A stretch of 64,000 bases of DNA from an uncultured Eubacteriales bacterium (GTDB lineage: Bacteria > Bacillota > Clostridia > Oscillospirales > CAG-272): positions 4,100 to 68,099 of the forward strand of contig URDX01000002.1 of NCBI GenBank assembly GCA_900546695.1. Reading direction: 5' to 3'. Shown in pieces: positions 8,644 through 17,402 of the stretch; positions within the stretch are counted from its first letter, which is position 1, and every line of letters starts with the position of its first letter. Under the pieces are notes generated by a model. That model did not search any database. It had not been told where the DNA came from and worked only from the letters and a program-made list of their open reading frames with translations. The translations under genes were made by a program, and so were the position numbers.

Positions 8644-10431
8644 ATGAAAAAAAGAAAAAATGTCAAGGCGCTGCACAATTTTCATATAGCCTTCGGCATC
8701 ATGATAAAGATCTATCCCGAGAAATTTATCATGGAGCTGCTGCTTACGATATTCAACAACATCATCAGCTTTTTCTCATTTACGTATATCCTGAGATTTG
8801 TGGTAAACGGTCTGCAGACCGAGCGCCCCGTATCGCAGCTTATTGCATACGTAATGATTATGATGGTGCTGCAGGTCCTGATATCATCGGTCTCCATCGT
8901 ATGCAATAACTATTTTGCCCCGATATTCAATAAGCGGTCGGAGTCGAGGATGAATGCGATAATCAACAAAAAATCGCTCGAGTCGGACATCGCGAACTAT
9001 GAGGACCCGCAGATGTATGCGCTGTACGGTCGTGCGCTTTCGGGCGGAGTCGGCTCTATCGAAAAGGTCGGTACTACGATAACGAGCATCACGGGAATGG
9101 TCATAAATCTCGCGCTTTCCTCCTTCCTTATCGTGGCGATAGACCCAGTGCTGTTTGTGTTTGCGCTTATGCCGCTGCTCATAAACATCACAAACAAATA
9201 CGTCTCCCGAAAGAGATATGAGTACGGCGTTATCTCCTCCGAGATAATGCGAAAGAACGGCTATACACAGCGCGTGTTCTATCAGAGCGAGTATGCAAAG
9301 GAGATGCGCCTGACGAATATTCACCGCGTAATGCTCAGGGATTTTCGCGAGTCGGTGGATGCGTTTGTACATCTGGCAAAGACTAAGGGCGTGAGGCTCG
9401 CACTCATGTTTTTCTTTTCGAATCTCGTATCCGCAAAGCTGCCCGTAGCTGGCGCGGAGATATATACGATATACAGGGCGCTTGTTTCAAAGACCGTTCT
9501 GATAGGCGACTGCCTTGTCGTATTCAGTGCCATAACAACGGTGTCGCGCATATTCAAGCGTGTGGAGCGTGAGGTGTCCGCGATATTCGATATCGGATAC
9601 AGCTTTCAGGATTACCGCGACTTTATGTCCCGCGAGGAGAAGATAGAGACCTGCAAGAGCGGCGCGGCTGCATCGGGCGGGGATATCGAGCTGCGCGACG
9701 TTTCCTTCCGCTACGGCGGAGCGTCGGACGACAGTCTGCACGATATCGACCTGAAGCTCAGGCAGGGTGAAAAGCTCGCGATAGTCGGTCTGAATGGCGC
9801 GGGAAAGACGACACTCGTCAAGCTGCTGCTGCGGCTGTACGACCCGACGGGCGGCACGGTGCTTATGGACGGGCGCGACATCCGCGAATATAACATCGAC
9901 AGCTATCGCGCATGCTTCGGGATAGTTTTTCAGGACTATAAGCAGCTTGCGGTCTCTGTCGGAGAGAACGTGCTCGGTCGACCTATGAGGGACGGCGATG
10001 AGGCGCTTGTCGAGTCGTCGCTGAAAAAAGCGGGTCTGTGGAACAAGATATCGCAGCTGCCCGACGGAATACATACCGTTATGACACGCGAGTTCGACGA
10101 GAACGGACTTATCCTTTCGGGCGGCGAATCGCAGAAGCTGGCGATAGCGTCGGTATATGCACGCGACAGTTCGGTCGTTATTCTGGATGAGCCGTCGAGT
10201 GCGCTTGACCCGATAGCCGAAAAGCAGATGTACGATCAGATGTATGAGGCGTGCAGGGACAAGACCATGATATTTATTTCGCACAGGCTTTCCTCCGCGA
10301 CCGATGCGGACAGGATCATTCTCATGGAGAACGGAACCATAAAAGAAACGGGCACGCACGCCGAGCTTATGCGGCTGGGCGGCAGCTATGCAGAGATGTT
10401 CCGCGCGCAGGCGGAAAGCTATGCACGATAA
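8644..10431 (+). CDS. ABC exporter, fused permease-ATPase (half transporter 1)
   Basis: N-terminal 6-TM region, Walker A GLNGAGKTT, signature LSGGESQK, Walker B VILDEPSSALD. Confidence 0.9.
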   Translation: MKKRKNVKALHNFHIAFGIMIKIYPEKFIMELLLTIFNNIISFFSFTYILRFVVNGLQTERPVSQLIAYVMIMMVLQVLISSVSIVCNNYFAPIFNKRSESRMNAIINKKSLESDIANYEDPQMYALYGRALSGGVGSIEKVGTTITSITGMVINLALSSFLIVAIDPVLFVFALMPLLINITNKYVSRKRYEYGVISSEIMRKNGYTQRVFYQSEYAKEMRLTNIHRVMLRDFRESVDAFVHLAKTKGVRLALMFFFSNLVSAKLPVAGAEIYTIYRALVSKTVLIGDCLVVFSAITTVSRIFKRVEREVSAIFDIGYSFQDYRDFMSREEKIETCKSGAAASGGDIELRDVSFRYGGASDDSLHDIDLKLRQGEKLAIVGLNGAGKTTLVKLLLRLYDPTGGTVLMDGRDIREYNIDSYRACFGIVFQDYKQLAVSVGENVLGRPMRDGDEALVESSLKKAGLWNKISQLPDGIHTVMTREFDENGLILSGGESQKLAIASVYARDSSVVILDEPSSALDPIAEKQMYDQMYEACRDKTMIFISHRLSSATDADRIILMENGTIKETGTHAELMRLGGSYAEMFRAQAESYAR

Positions 10432-10451
10432 CGTCGGACGGAGGTGAGGAT

Positions 10452-12269
10452 ATGAAGCTTAATATAGCAGGGCGTATGAAAAAAGCATGGAGCTCGGCGA
10501 AGCAGATCGCCGTAAATACGGGCTACTCATGCAAGTATACGTGGCATTATTCAAAGCTGTATTTTATTACATATATGTGCGATTCGCTGATAAAGGGTCT
10601 GGTCGATCCCGCCGTGCTGCTGCTTACCGCGCGGCTGTATACCATGCTCGGAGAGCAGCCGTGGTTTATCGACGCGCTGTTTGTAGAGGTGAGCCTGACG
10701 CTTGCCATCATCGTCCGCGCGCTGTGGGATTTCCTTTTCGGAAACAGCATCTGGCCTGCGCTCTCGCAGCGGCTGCATTACAGGGTGCAGAGCGATCTGT
10801 TCAAGAAGGCGCGTACGTTCGAGCTGTCAAAGTTCGACGACCCCGAATTCTATAATAACTACATTCTCGCAATGCAGTATTCGGATTCCGCCGTAACGGG
10901 AGCTATCGGAAATTTCTCGAGGCTTCTCCAGTATGTGCTGAATTTCTCCGCAACGCTCGCGCTGCTCGTGTATATCGACTCGGGCGCTATGGCGGTGCTA
11001 CTCGTAAGCTCGCTCATTTCGATGTTCATCAGCGCAAAGCTCAAAAAGACCGATAACGCCATGCGTGCCGAGTTTGCACCGATAGTCCGTCACGGTCAGT
11101 ATGTAGACCGCGTTTACCGTCAGGCGGATTTTTCAAAGGAGCTCAGGCTGTCGGGTCTTTCCGCATGTCTCGGTGAGATGCATGCGCGGTATATCTCCGA
11201 CAATATGCGGGTGTCCAAAAAATACGGCAAGAAAAAGAGCATTCTGGCGGTGCTCGATCAGGTCAACAGCGTAGGCGTCTACATGTCGGTTATTGCAATG
11301 ACGCTGTATAAGCTCGTCGTGCTCGGCACGGTCAGCATCGGCGGATTTACCGTCATTATCAATGCAAACAGCTCGTTCCGTGACTGTCTCGTGCAGCTTG
11401 CCGACATGATAACGAATCTTTCGAGTCAGAGCGAGCAGCTTGATAAGGTCCGCAACTTTATGGAGTACAAGTATGAGGGCTGCGCGGGCGAGCTCCCTGC
11501 GCCCGAGTTTGAGTCGCTGGAGCTTAAGAATGTCTGCTTCGGCTATGTCGGCGGTGCGGATGTGCTGCACGATGTCTCGTTCAAGATACGCCGCGGCGAG
11601 AAGATAGCCATCGTCGGCTATAACGGCGCGGGAAAATCCACCCTTATAAAGCTGCTTATGCGGCTGTATGAGCCGAGGAGCGGATGTGTTCTTTATGACG
11701 GCGTGAACGCCGCGGAGTACGACGTTGAGAGCTATCGCGGCAGATTCGGCGCGGTATTTCAGGATTTCCGCATCTTTGCGGCTACGGTGGCGGAGAACGT
11801 GCTCGGAGACGAGTTTGAGGAATCCGACCGCCCGCGCGTGCTGGAGGCGCTGCACCGAGCGACCTTTGATAAAAAGCTCGCCGAGCTTGACAACGGCATC
11901 GAAACCATGCTGACCCGCGAGTTTGACGACAACGGAACAAATCTGTCGGGCGGAGAGGCTCAGAAGATTGCCATCGCGCACGTTTTTGCGGGAAATTTCG
12001 ACGTTATCATAATGGATGAGCCGTCCGCTGCGCTCGACCCGATAGCGGAGTACGAGCTTAATCGTCAGATAGCCCGATTTGCTTCGGATAAGACGGTGAT
12101 ATTCATATCTCACAGACTGTCGACGACGCGCCATGCGGACAGAATATATATGTTCGAGGATGGGCGCATAGCAGAGCAGGGAAGTCATGACGAGCTCGTG
12201 CAGCGCGGCGGAAAGTATGCTGAGATGTTCACCGTTCAGGCGGAAAAGTACATATCGGAAAACGGATAA
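10452..12269 (+). CDS. ABC exporter, fused permease-ATPase (half transporter 2)
   Basis: ATG 10452 follows GGAGGTGAGG. The ORF-track start 10251 lies inside the upstream gene. Motifs: GYNGAGKST, LSGGEAQK, IIMDEPSAALD. Confidence 0.9.
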   Translation: MKLNIAGRMKKAWSSAKQIAVNTGYSCKYTWHYSKLYFITYMCDSLIKGLVDPAVLLLTARLYTMLGEQPWFIDALFVEVSLTLAIIVRALWDFLFGNSIWPALSQRLHYRVQSDLFKKARTFELSKFDDPEFYNNYILAMQYSDSAVTGAIGNFSRLLQYVLNFSATLALLVYIDSGAMAVLLVSSLISMFISAKLKKTDNAMRAEFAPIVRHGQYVDRVYRQADFSKELRLSGLSACLGEMHARYISDNMRVSKKYGKKKSILAVLDQVNSVGVYMSVIAMTLYKLVVLGTVSIGGFTVIINANSSFRDCLVQLADMITNLSSQSEQLDKVRNFMEYKYEGCAGELPAPEFESLELKNVCFGYVGGADVLHDVSFKIRRGEKIAIVGYNGAGKSTLIKLLMRLYEPRSGCVLYDGVNAAEYDVESYRGRFGAVFQDFRIFAATVAENVLGDEFEESDRPRVLEALHRATFDKKLAELDNGIETMLTREFDDNGTNLSGGEAQKIAIAHVFAGNFDVIIMDEPSAALDPIAEYELNRQIARFASDKTVIFISHRLSTTRHADRIYMFEDGRIAEQGSHDELVQRGGKYAEMFTVQAEKYISENG

Positions 12270-12281
12270 CCGGGAGGCAAT

Positions 12282-13295
12282 ATGAAGATTTTATTGCCGT
12301 TTGAAACCTCTCCGTTCATAAAAACATATGTTAATCATGCTTATCCTTTCGGAATTATTGAGGCGAATTTCGGAGAAGATGTTCTTTCAAGACTGCTCTG
12401 TGACAAATACGTTAATTGTATATACGTCAGGAATGACAGAAATAAGTTTTATATTACTGAATCGGATAATTGGTTTGAACAAAACGGAGTTATGACACAC
12501 AAGGCGTATATGTGCATCGAAAAAAGTATGTCATGTGTTGAGGAGTCGATTGCAGAAACCAAACGAAGGCTTTCGGTCGGCGAGTACGTTTTAGCTCGTC
12601 TGAATGAGGGCAGATTGTCGGCGGTCAACCAAGGACGTACGTATGATTTTGATCACGAGTGCCTGATATACGGTTTTGACGACGAGGCAAAACAATATCG
12701 GACTGCCGGATATATCAAGCGTTCCGGCAGGGGAAAACAGTATGTTCCGTACAGTATAACATATGAAGAATATGCGGATGCTCTGTATAATGTTGAGTGT
12801 TGTGTTGTAGAATTACTGTTTTACAAAGTAAATACGGATATTGTCTTGCCGGATGCCGATACTGCGCATGTGCGATTGTTGCTTAAGCAGTATGTAGAAT
12901 CTGATAATCCCGAATATACGAACCGTGAAGATTTGCGAGATCTCATTGCGGCAGGTGAATTAAAGTTCGGAATATCAGCATGGGACGAATTGGCAACTTA
13001 TATTAAAAGCACAGAGTCTGACAGCAATATTGATATGAGATATATCAGACAGTATTACGAGCACAAATTATTGATGAAAAAAAGAATGCAGTATCTTTCG
13101 GAAGGTGTTGCCGATTTGTCCGTAATCAAAGCTGCTTCGATAGTCTCGGAAGAATCGCAGAAGGTCATGGCGCTTTCATTAAAATACAATATGTCGAGAA
13201 ATGTAAAATTATTGGATCAGATCTCGGCGAGGATAGTATCAATAAATGAATATGAAGCAGATTATATTAGAAAGGTTATTGACCTTCTGGACTGA
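12282..13295 (+). CDS. Hypothetical protein (no family recognised)
   Basis: 337-aa ORF with GGGAGG SD, tightly packed in the operon and AT-rich. Only a FDHECLIYGFDDE stretch is vaguely reminiscent of papain-fold His motifs. Confidence 0.5.
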   Translation: MKILLPFETSPFIKTYVNHAYPFGIIEANFGEDVLSRLLCDKYVNCIYVRNDRNKFYITESDNWFEQNGVMTHKAYMCIEKSMSCVEESIAETKRRLSVGEYVLARLNEGRLSAVNQGRTYDFDHECLIYGFDDEAKQYRTAGYIKRSGRGKQYVPYSITYEEYADALYNVECCVVELLFYKVNTDIVLPDADTAHVRLLLKQYVESDNPEYTNREDLRDLIAAGELKFGISAWDELATYIKSTESDSNIDMRYIRQYYEHKLLMKKRMQYLSEGVADLSVIKAASIVSEESQKVMALSLKYNMSRNVKLLDQISARIVSINEYEADYIRKVIDLLD

Positions 13296-13327
13296 CTCGG
13301 CGGTGTAATTAACAGCGTCTTGAAAGA

Positions 13328-14221
13328 ATGATTATGAAACTTATTCCTGTCAGATATCGTAATGTTGAATATCCTAACGGCATTATCCCGGTTTTGCGGG
13401 AGGTAGCGGGGAATATTGATTCAAAGCCACTGTCTGTAGATACACCGTATTCGCTGCATACGGAGTATTCCTACATGAAAAGAAGGTTTGATTCCGAGCT
13501 GCTTTCCGACCTGGATGAGCTTAAGGATGCCGAAAGAAACGGCATACCGATGCTGTGGTACAGTGATAGATGGAGCTATGAATACGCACTTTTTATCAAA
13601 CGCCTTGTGAGCGGCAGCATAGCACCCGAGGTGATAGAGCTCCACCCTCCGTTCTCGGATTATTGCGCCGATTTGGAAACATTTCTTTCCCGTTATAAGA
13701 TTTTCAGCGACGAGATAGCACGCGATTACCCGCATGCCGAGCTCCTGCTTGAGAACAGATGCGGGACGATGTACAATAAGTCAAAGTTTTTGATATCAAA
13801 GTGCGATGACGTTCTGTCGCTTTGCGACACACTGAAAAGTCGCAGCGACATAAACTTGGGCGTTGTTTTGGACTATCCGCAGCTTTTCAGCGCCGAGGGC
13901 ATAAGCCTTGATGCGGTAGAGCTCGACAAAATACTGTCGTTTAATGAGACCTTGAAGAGTTATAGGGAACAGATCAGGGCTATTCATTTGTGGGGTAAGA
14001 AAAGGGGCAAAAATAAGCAGCGTTGGATAGCGCATTCGGGAGACCTGAATTCGTTTTTCAGCGGCGATACCGTAAAAAAAGAGACGTTCATCGCTTCGCT
14101 TATGGACACCTTTGACGACGATGTTCGTAGATACTTCGTGCCCGAGGTGAATTCTTCGGGCGATGATCTGAGAAGCATTGTAAATGACCTGTGCGAGGCG
14201 GGAGTGAGCTTCGCGGAATAA
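13328..14221 (+). CDS. Hypothetical protein, possibly a xylose-isomerase-like TIM barrel
   Basis: IELHPP, LLENR, VVLDYPQLF, IHLWG and AHSGDL are spaced like the metal-ligand strands of AP-endonuclease-2/sugar-isomerase barrels. The assignment is weak. Confidence 0.3.
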   Translation: MIMKLIPVRYRNVEYPNGIIPVLREVAGNIDSKPLSVDTPYSLHTEYSYMKRRFDSELLSDLDELKDAERNGIPMLWYSDRWSYEYALFIKRLVSGSIAPEVIELHPPFSDYCADLETFLSRYKIFSDEIARDYPHAELLLENRCGTMYNKSKFLISKCDDVLSLCDTLKSRSDINLGVVLDYPQLFSAEGISLDAVELDKILSFNETLKSYREQIRAIHLWGKKRGKNKQRWIAHSGDLNSFFSGDTVKKETFIASLMDTFDDDVRRYFVPEVNSSGDDLRSIVNDLCEAGVSFAE

Positions 14222-14302
14222 GATCTGAAGCCAAATCTGTGCTTTGATTTTTAAATCATATGCCTACGTTTGTGCTTGTTAATTGGATTAAGGAGAACTT
14301 AA

Positions 14303-15256
14303 ATGGAGATTATCGCTACCGCGGGAGCTTCGGTGAAGGATGATTTGTTGGAAGCGCTTGTCAAGCAGGGGCTGAACATTGATGTTGACTACTTCCGTTT
14401 TAATTTGGGAAAGTATGATTCGACAGAAGCTACATGGCTGCGTGTGAATGAGATACTTTCGATGAAGAAAAAGTACGGAATCAGATTGATGATCGATATT
14501 CCTTATCCTTTCCGTAAGCCGCGTATATTTATTAACAATGATCGGAATTTGATAGAAGCAGATATCGGAGATTCTTTTGATATCAGTTACAGTCGAAATG
14601 ATGCAGTATATACGGACTCTGAAGATATACAGGCGCTCTGTGTCGGGGATTTAATTTCCGATTCTGATGGTGAAGAAGTTCTGTGTGTAAAAGAAAAAAA
14701 GGAGAATTGTTTAGTTGTCGAGGCGATCAAAGAGTGTTGTATCTTTGATAAAAAGGGTATTTGCTTCGGAACATTGCTTTCGAGTCAAGAAAGGAGAGGC
14801 TTGTACAGAGATATAGTTAATTATTTATGTCCGACAAGTGTTGCGCTGTCGTTTGTTTCTGATGGTGTGGATGTTTGCGCTTTTAAAAAACTATTAAACG
14901 CAGATTGTGAGGTTATAAGTAAAATCGAGTCTTGTTCCGGGATTGAGAATCTGTTGTCAATTTCGGCTGAGTCCGATTTAATGGTGGCAAGGGGCGATTT
15001 GATGATATATGCCGATTATATGCAATTATCGGAGAATCAAGGGAAAATTGTCGCAGCCTCTGTGAATGCCAAAAGAAAAGTGTACATAGCAACAGGAATT
15101 TTAAACTCATTGTATAAGCACAGTATACCGACACAGGCCGAGATGGTTGACATATGCACAATAGTCGGGCTTAATCCTTACGGGATTATTTTGAACGGAA
15201 GTGTTGTTCGGAATAATTTTGAAAAAGCGGTGGAAATTGTACGTCGACTGTTGTAG
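14303..15256 (+). CDS. Divergent pyruvate-kinase-like protein (A+B domains only, no C-terminal domain)
   Basis: It aligns by eye with the canonical pyk in this window. FRFNLGKY vs RLNFSHG; ISKIESCSGIENL vs IAKIENRSGIDN; MVARGDLMI vs MIGRGDMGVEI; IATGILNSL vs ATEMLESM; PTQAEMVD vs PTRAEISD. It ends with TAG. Confidence 0.6.
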   Translation: MEIIATAGASVKDDLLEALVKQGLNIDVDYFRFNLGKYDSTEATWLRVNEILSMKKKYGIRLMIDIPYPFRKPRIFINNDRNLIEADIGDSFDISYSRNDAVYTDSEDIQALCVGDLISDSDGEEVLCVKEKKENCLVVEAIKECCIFDKKGICFGTLLSSQERRGLYRDIVNYLCPTSVALSFVSDGVDVCAFKKLLNADCEVISKIESCSGIENLLSISAESDLMVARGDLMIYADYMQLSENQGKIVAASVNAKRKVYIATGILNSLYKHSIPTQAEMVDICTIVGLNPYGIILNGSVVRNNFEKAVEIVRRLL

Positions 15257-15392
15257 CATATGTTTTTTGCTGTGTAATTTTGTTTATTGTAATCGTTGGT
15301 TATCTTGTTTGCGGCAGAATATACCGATAGATGGGAACGATTCCGAATCTTGCTTGCAAAGTTGAATATTATTATAAAGGAGAAAACTGTTT

Positions 15393-15875
15393 ATGTTGAG
15401 AATTTTAACCTGGGACGAATATTTTATGGGAGTCGCGATGCTGTCGGCACAGCGCAGCAAGGATCCGTCGACGCGGGTCGGCTGCTGCATAGTGTCTGAC
15501 AAACGCATAGTCGCGGTCGGCTACAACGGCATGCCGCGCGGCTGCGATGATGCCGTTTTCCCGTGGGGCAGAGACGGCGCACCGCTCGAATCTAAATATC
15601 TGTACGTCGTTCACGCGGAACTGAACGCCATTCTCAATGCTACATCCGACCTGCGCGGCGCGACGCTCTACACCTCGCTGTTCCCCTGCAACGAGTGCTG
15701 CAAGGCGATAATCCAGAGCGGAATATCGAGGATAGTCTACATAAGCGACAAGCACTGCGAGAGCGATGCGGTCATTGCCGCAAAGCGAATGCTCGACAGC
15801 GCGGGAGTGATATATTCCCGCTTTGAGAGCGAGAAAAAAAGCATAACCGTTTCGCTCGACGTGTCGGATGTCTGA
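15393..15875 (+). CDS. comEB: dCMP deaminase
   Basis: HAELNAI and PCNECCKAI are the zinc-binding motifs of the CMP/dCMP deaminase family. 160 aa. Confidence 0.85.
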   Translation: MLRILTWDEYFMGVAMLSAQRSKDPSTRVGCCIVSDKRIVAVGYNGMPRGCDDAVFPWGRDGAPLESKYLYVVHAELNAILNATSDLRGATLYTSLFPCNECCKAIIQSGISRIVYISDKHCESDAVIAAKRMLDSAGVIYSRFESEKKSITVSLDVSDV

Positions 15876-15902
15876 GCGGCGGCATGCTGAGGGGGACAGG
15901 AT

Positions 15903-16529
15903 ATGTTTATAGCCTTTGACGGCATGGACGGCGCAGGAAAAAGCACGCAGGTCGAGCGGCTTGAAGCATGGCTGCGCGACTCGGGGCGGGTCGTACATCG
16001 GCTCGACCTCGGAAGAACGCCGTATTTTTATGAGCTGCTGCAGCGGATAAACTCGCGCGAGCTGTCCGTGCCCGCAGAGATACGCGAGATGATATACTAT
16101 TTTGAGGGGCTGTACGCGAATATCAACTACATCCGCACAACGGCGCGGGATGAGTTTGTACTTATAGACCGATACTACCTTTCGTACTTTGCCTACGGTC
16201 TCGAAAACGGCATGACCGAGGAGCAGATCGCGTTCTATACGAAAAACCTGATCGAGCCCGATCTGTATTTCTTTCTTGATGCGGATGTCGGAACGACCCG
16301 CGCAAGGATAAAGAGCTACCGCAGCTTCGACGCGCCCGAGCTCGGCTACCGATACGACGCGGAAAACGCCGCCGCAGAGGATATTGACGCAAGGTTCACG
16401 GCGTTTCAGAGCCGCGTCCGAGAAAACTATCTCTCGCACATCCGCGAGGGACATCGGGTCATCGACGCGACGCAACCGGAAATTTTAGTAGAACAGGAAA
16501 TACGCAATGCGTTTGAAAAAATGGTTTGA
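15903..16529 (+). CDS. Thymidylate-kinase-family protein (divergent)
   Basis: P-loop FDGMDGAGKSTQ and DRYYLSYFAYG (DRY..S..AY motif) are present. The usual REPGGT segment was not recognised. Confidence 0.6.
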   Translation: MFIAFDGMDGAGKSTQVERLEAWLRDSGRVVHRLDLGRTPYFYELLQRINSRELSVPAEIREMIYYFEGLYANINYIRTTARDEFVLIDRYYLSYFAYGLENGMTEEQIAFYTKNLIEPDLYFFLDADVGTTRARIKSYRSFDAPELGYRYDAENAAAEDIDARFTAFQSRVRENYLSHIREGHRVIDATQPEILVEQEIRNAFEKMV

Positions 16530-16862
16530 TAAAGATGTTCCTATTATGGGGTTTGGTGGAATCCCTATTATGTCCGGCAAAGATAGTGAATTTCCGGTGA
16601 AACATCGGTATCATCGGATATTCGCGGATATGATGTATTAGAACATGCGAAAATCCATAGAATTGCTGTGAAAAAAGTATAACATGCATTAATACAGGCG
16701 GCTTGGTTGTTCTGCTGCCCGGCATATACGGCAGAAATATATTTTTGGCAGCGGCGGTCGTTATACTTGGCATCGGTCACATCGGAATTCATCTCGCCCA
16801 TCGAAAAGAGGCGGAGCGGCTGCAGAGGGCGAATGCACGGAAATCGAAAACGGAGGAAGGTT

Positions 16863-17402
16863 ATGAGAAAATTTACAGGCGCTGTCGCGCTCGTTATGCT
16901 TTGTGCGGCTCTTTCGGGCTGTGGGGAAAAGCTCTACAACGGTACGGACGGGCTTATCGAAAAGGCAAGGGAGGAGCTTCCGCTCTCCGATGCCGCGACG
17001 ACCGAGATAAAGTACGGCGGCATGATAATAACGAGTGACAACGCGCTCGCATGGTATATCTCGGGCGACGAATATCAGGCGCATTATTATCTGCCGATGG
17101 AAATTGAACTGAAGGACAGCGAAAGATGCGCATTCGTCAGGTCATACAAGCCGATGACGGGCGACGCGAAGGATATTGCGTATGTAAAATGGAACGACGG
17201 ATACGTGTTTATTATCAACAATCCCGATTGTGCCGTGCTCAGGATAACGGGCGGAAACGGCGACCGCTATGAGTCGATAGACAGCAGCCGGCTCCCGTAT
17301 GTCTATTATTATCCCGCGCTCAATGCCGAATACGGCTTTCTTGACTCCGACGGAAACGAGCTCGGTGCAGGCTCATCGGAGGCGCAGGATGGCGTCGAGT
17401 AA
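16863..17402 (+). CDS. Lipoprotein, unknown function
   Basis: MRKFTGAVALVMLCAALSGC carries a lipobox. ATG 16863 follows GGAGGAAGG; the longer ORF-track start is unsupported. Confidence 0.6.
   Translation: MRKFTGAVALVMLCAALSGCGEKLYNGTDGLIEKAREELPLSDAATTEIKYGGMIITSDNALAWYISGDEYQAHYYLPMEIELKDSERCAFVRSYKPMTGDAKDIAYVKWNDGYVFIINNPDCAVLRITGGNGDRYESIDSSRLPYVYYYPALNAEYGFLDSDGNELGAGSSEAQDGVE

Noticed and set aside
10251-10451. ORF-track start of the second ABC gene at 10251
   Set aside because: That stretch lies inside the 3' end of the first ABC gene in another frame. ATG 10452 has a GGAGGTGAGG SD and yields a normal N-terminus.
9487-12188. Long minus-strand ORFs (9487..10359, 11133..12188) inside the ABC exporter genes
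   Set aside because: These are shadow ORFs of GC-rich coding sequence. The products are Arg/His-rich with no motifs, while the plus strand carries complete ABC signatures. The same reasoning applies to 15405..16475(-), 25570..26415(-), 26770..27795(-), 35906..37300(+), 49936..51336(-), 51727..52440(+) and 58968..60008(-).
12282-13295. BtrH-like ACP-dependent acyltransferase assignment for the 337-aa orphan protein
   Set aside because: The idea is attractive given the carrier protein, but the N-terminus lacks the H-C-E nucleophile context I remember for BtrH_N. Only a generic H-x-x-x-x-x-G-F-D-D resemblance remains, so it is left as hypothetical.
4241-15256. RiPP (e.g. lasso or sactipeptide) cluster interpretation, because NTP_transf_5 proteins occur in some RiPP loci
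   Set aside because: I recognised no cyclase, protease (B/C-type), radical-SAM, YcaO or PqqD-like gene. The only candidate precursor is an unsupported 18-codon leader ORF.
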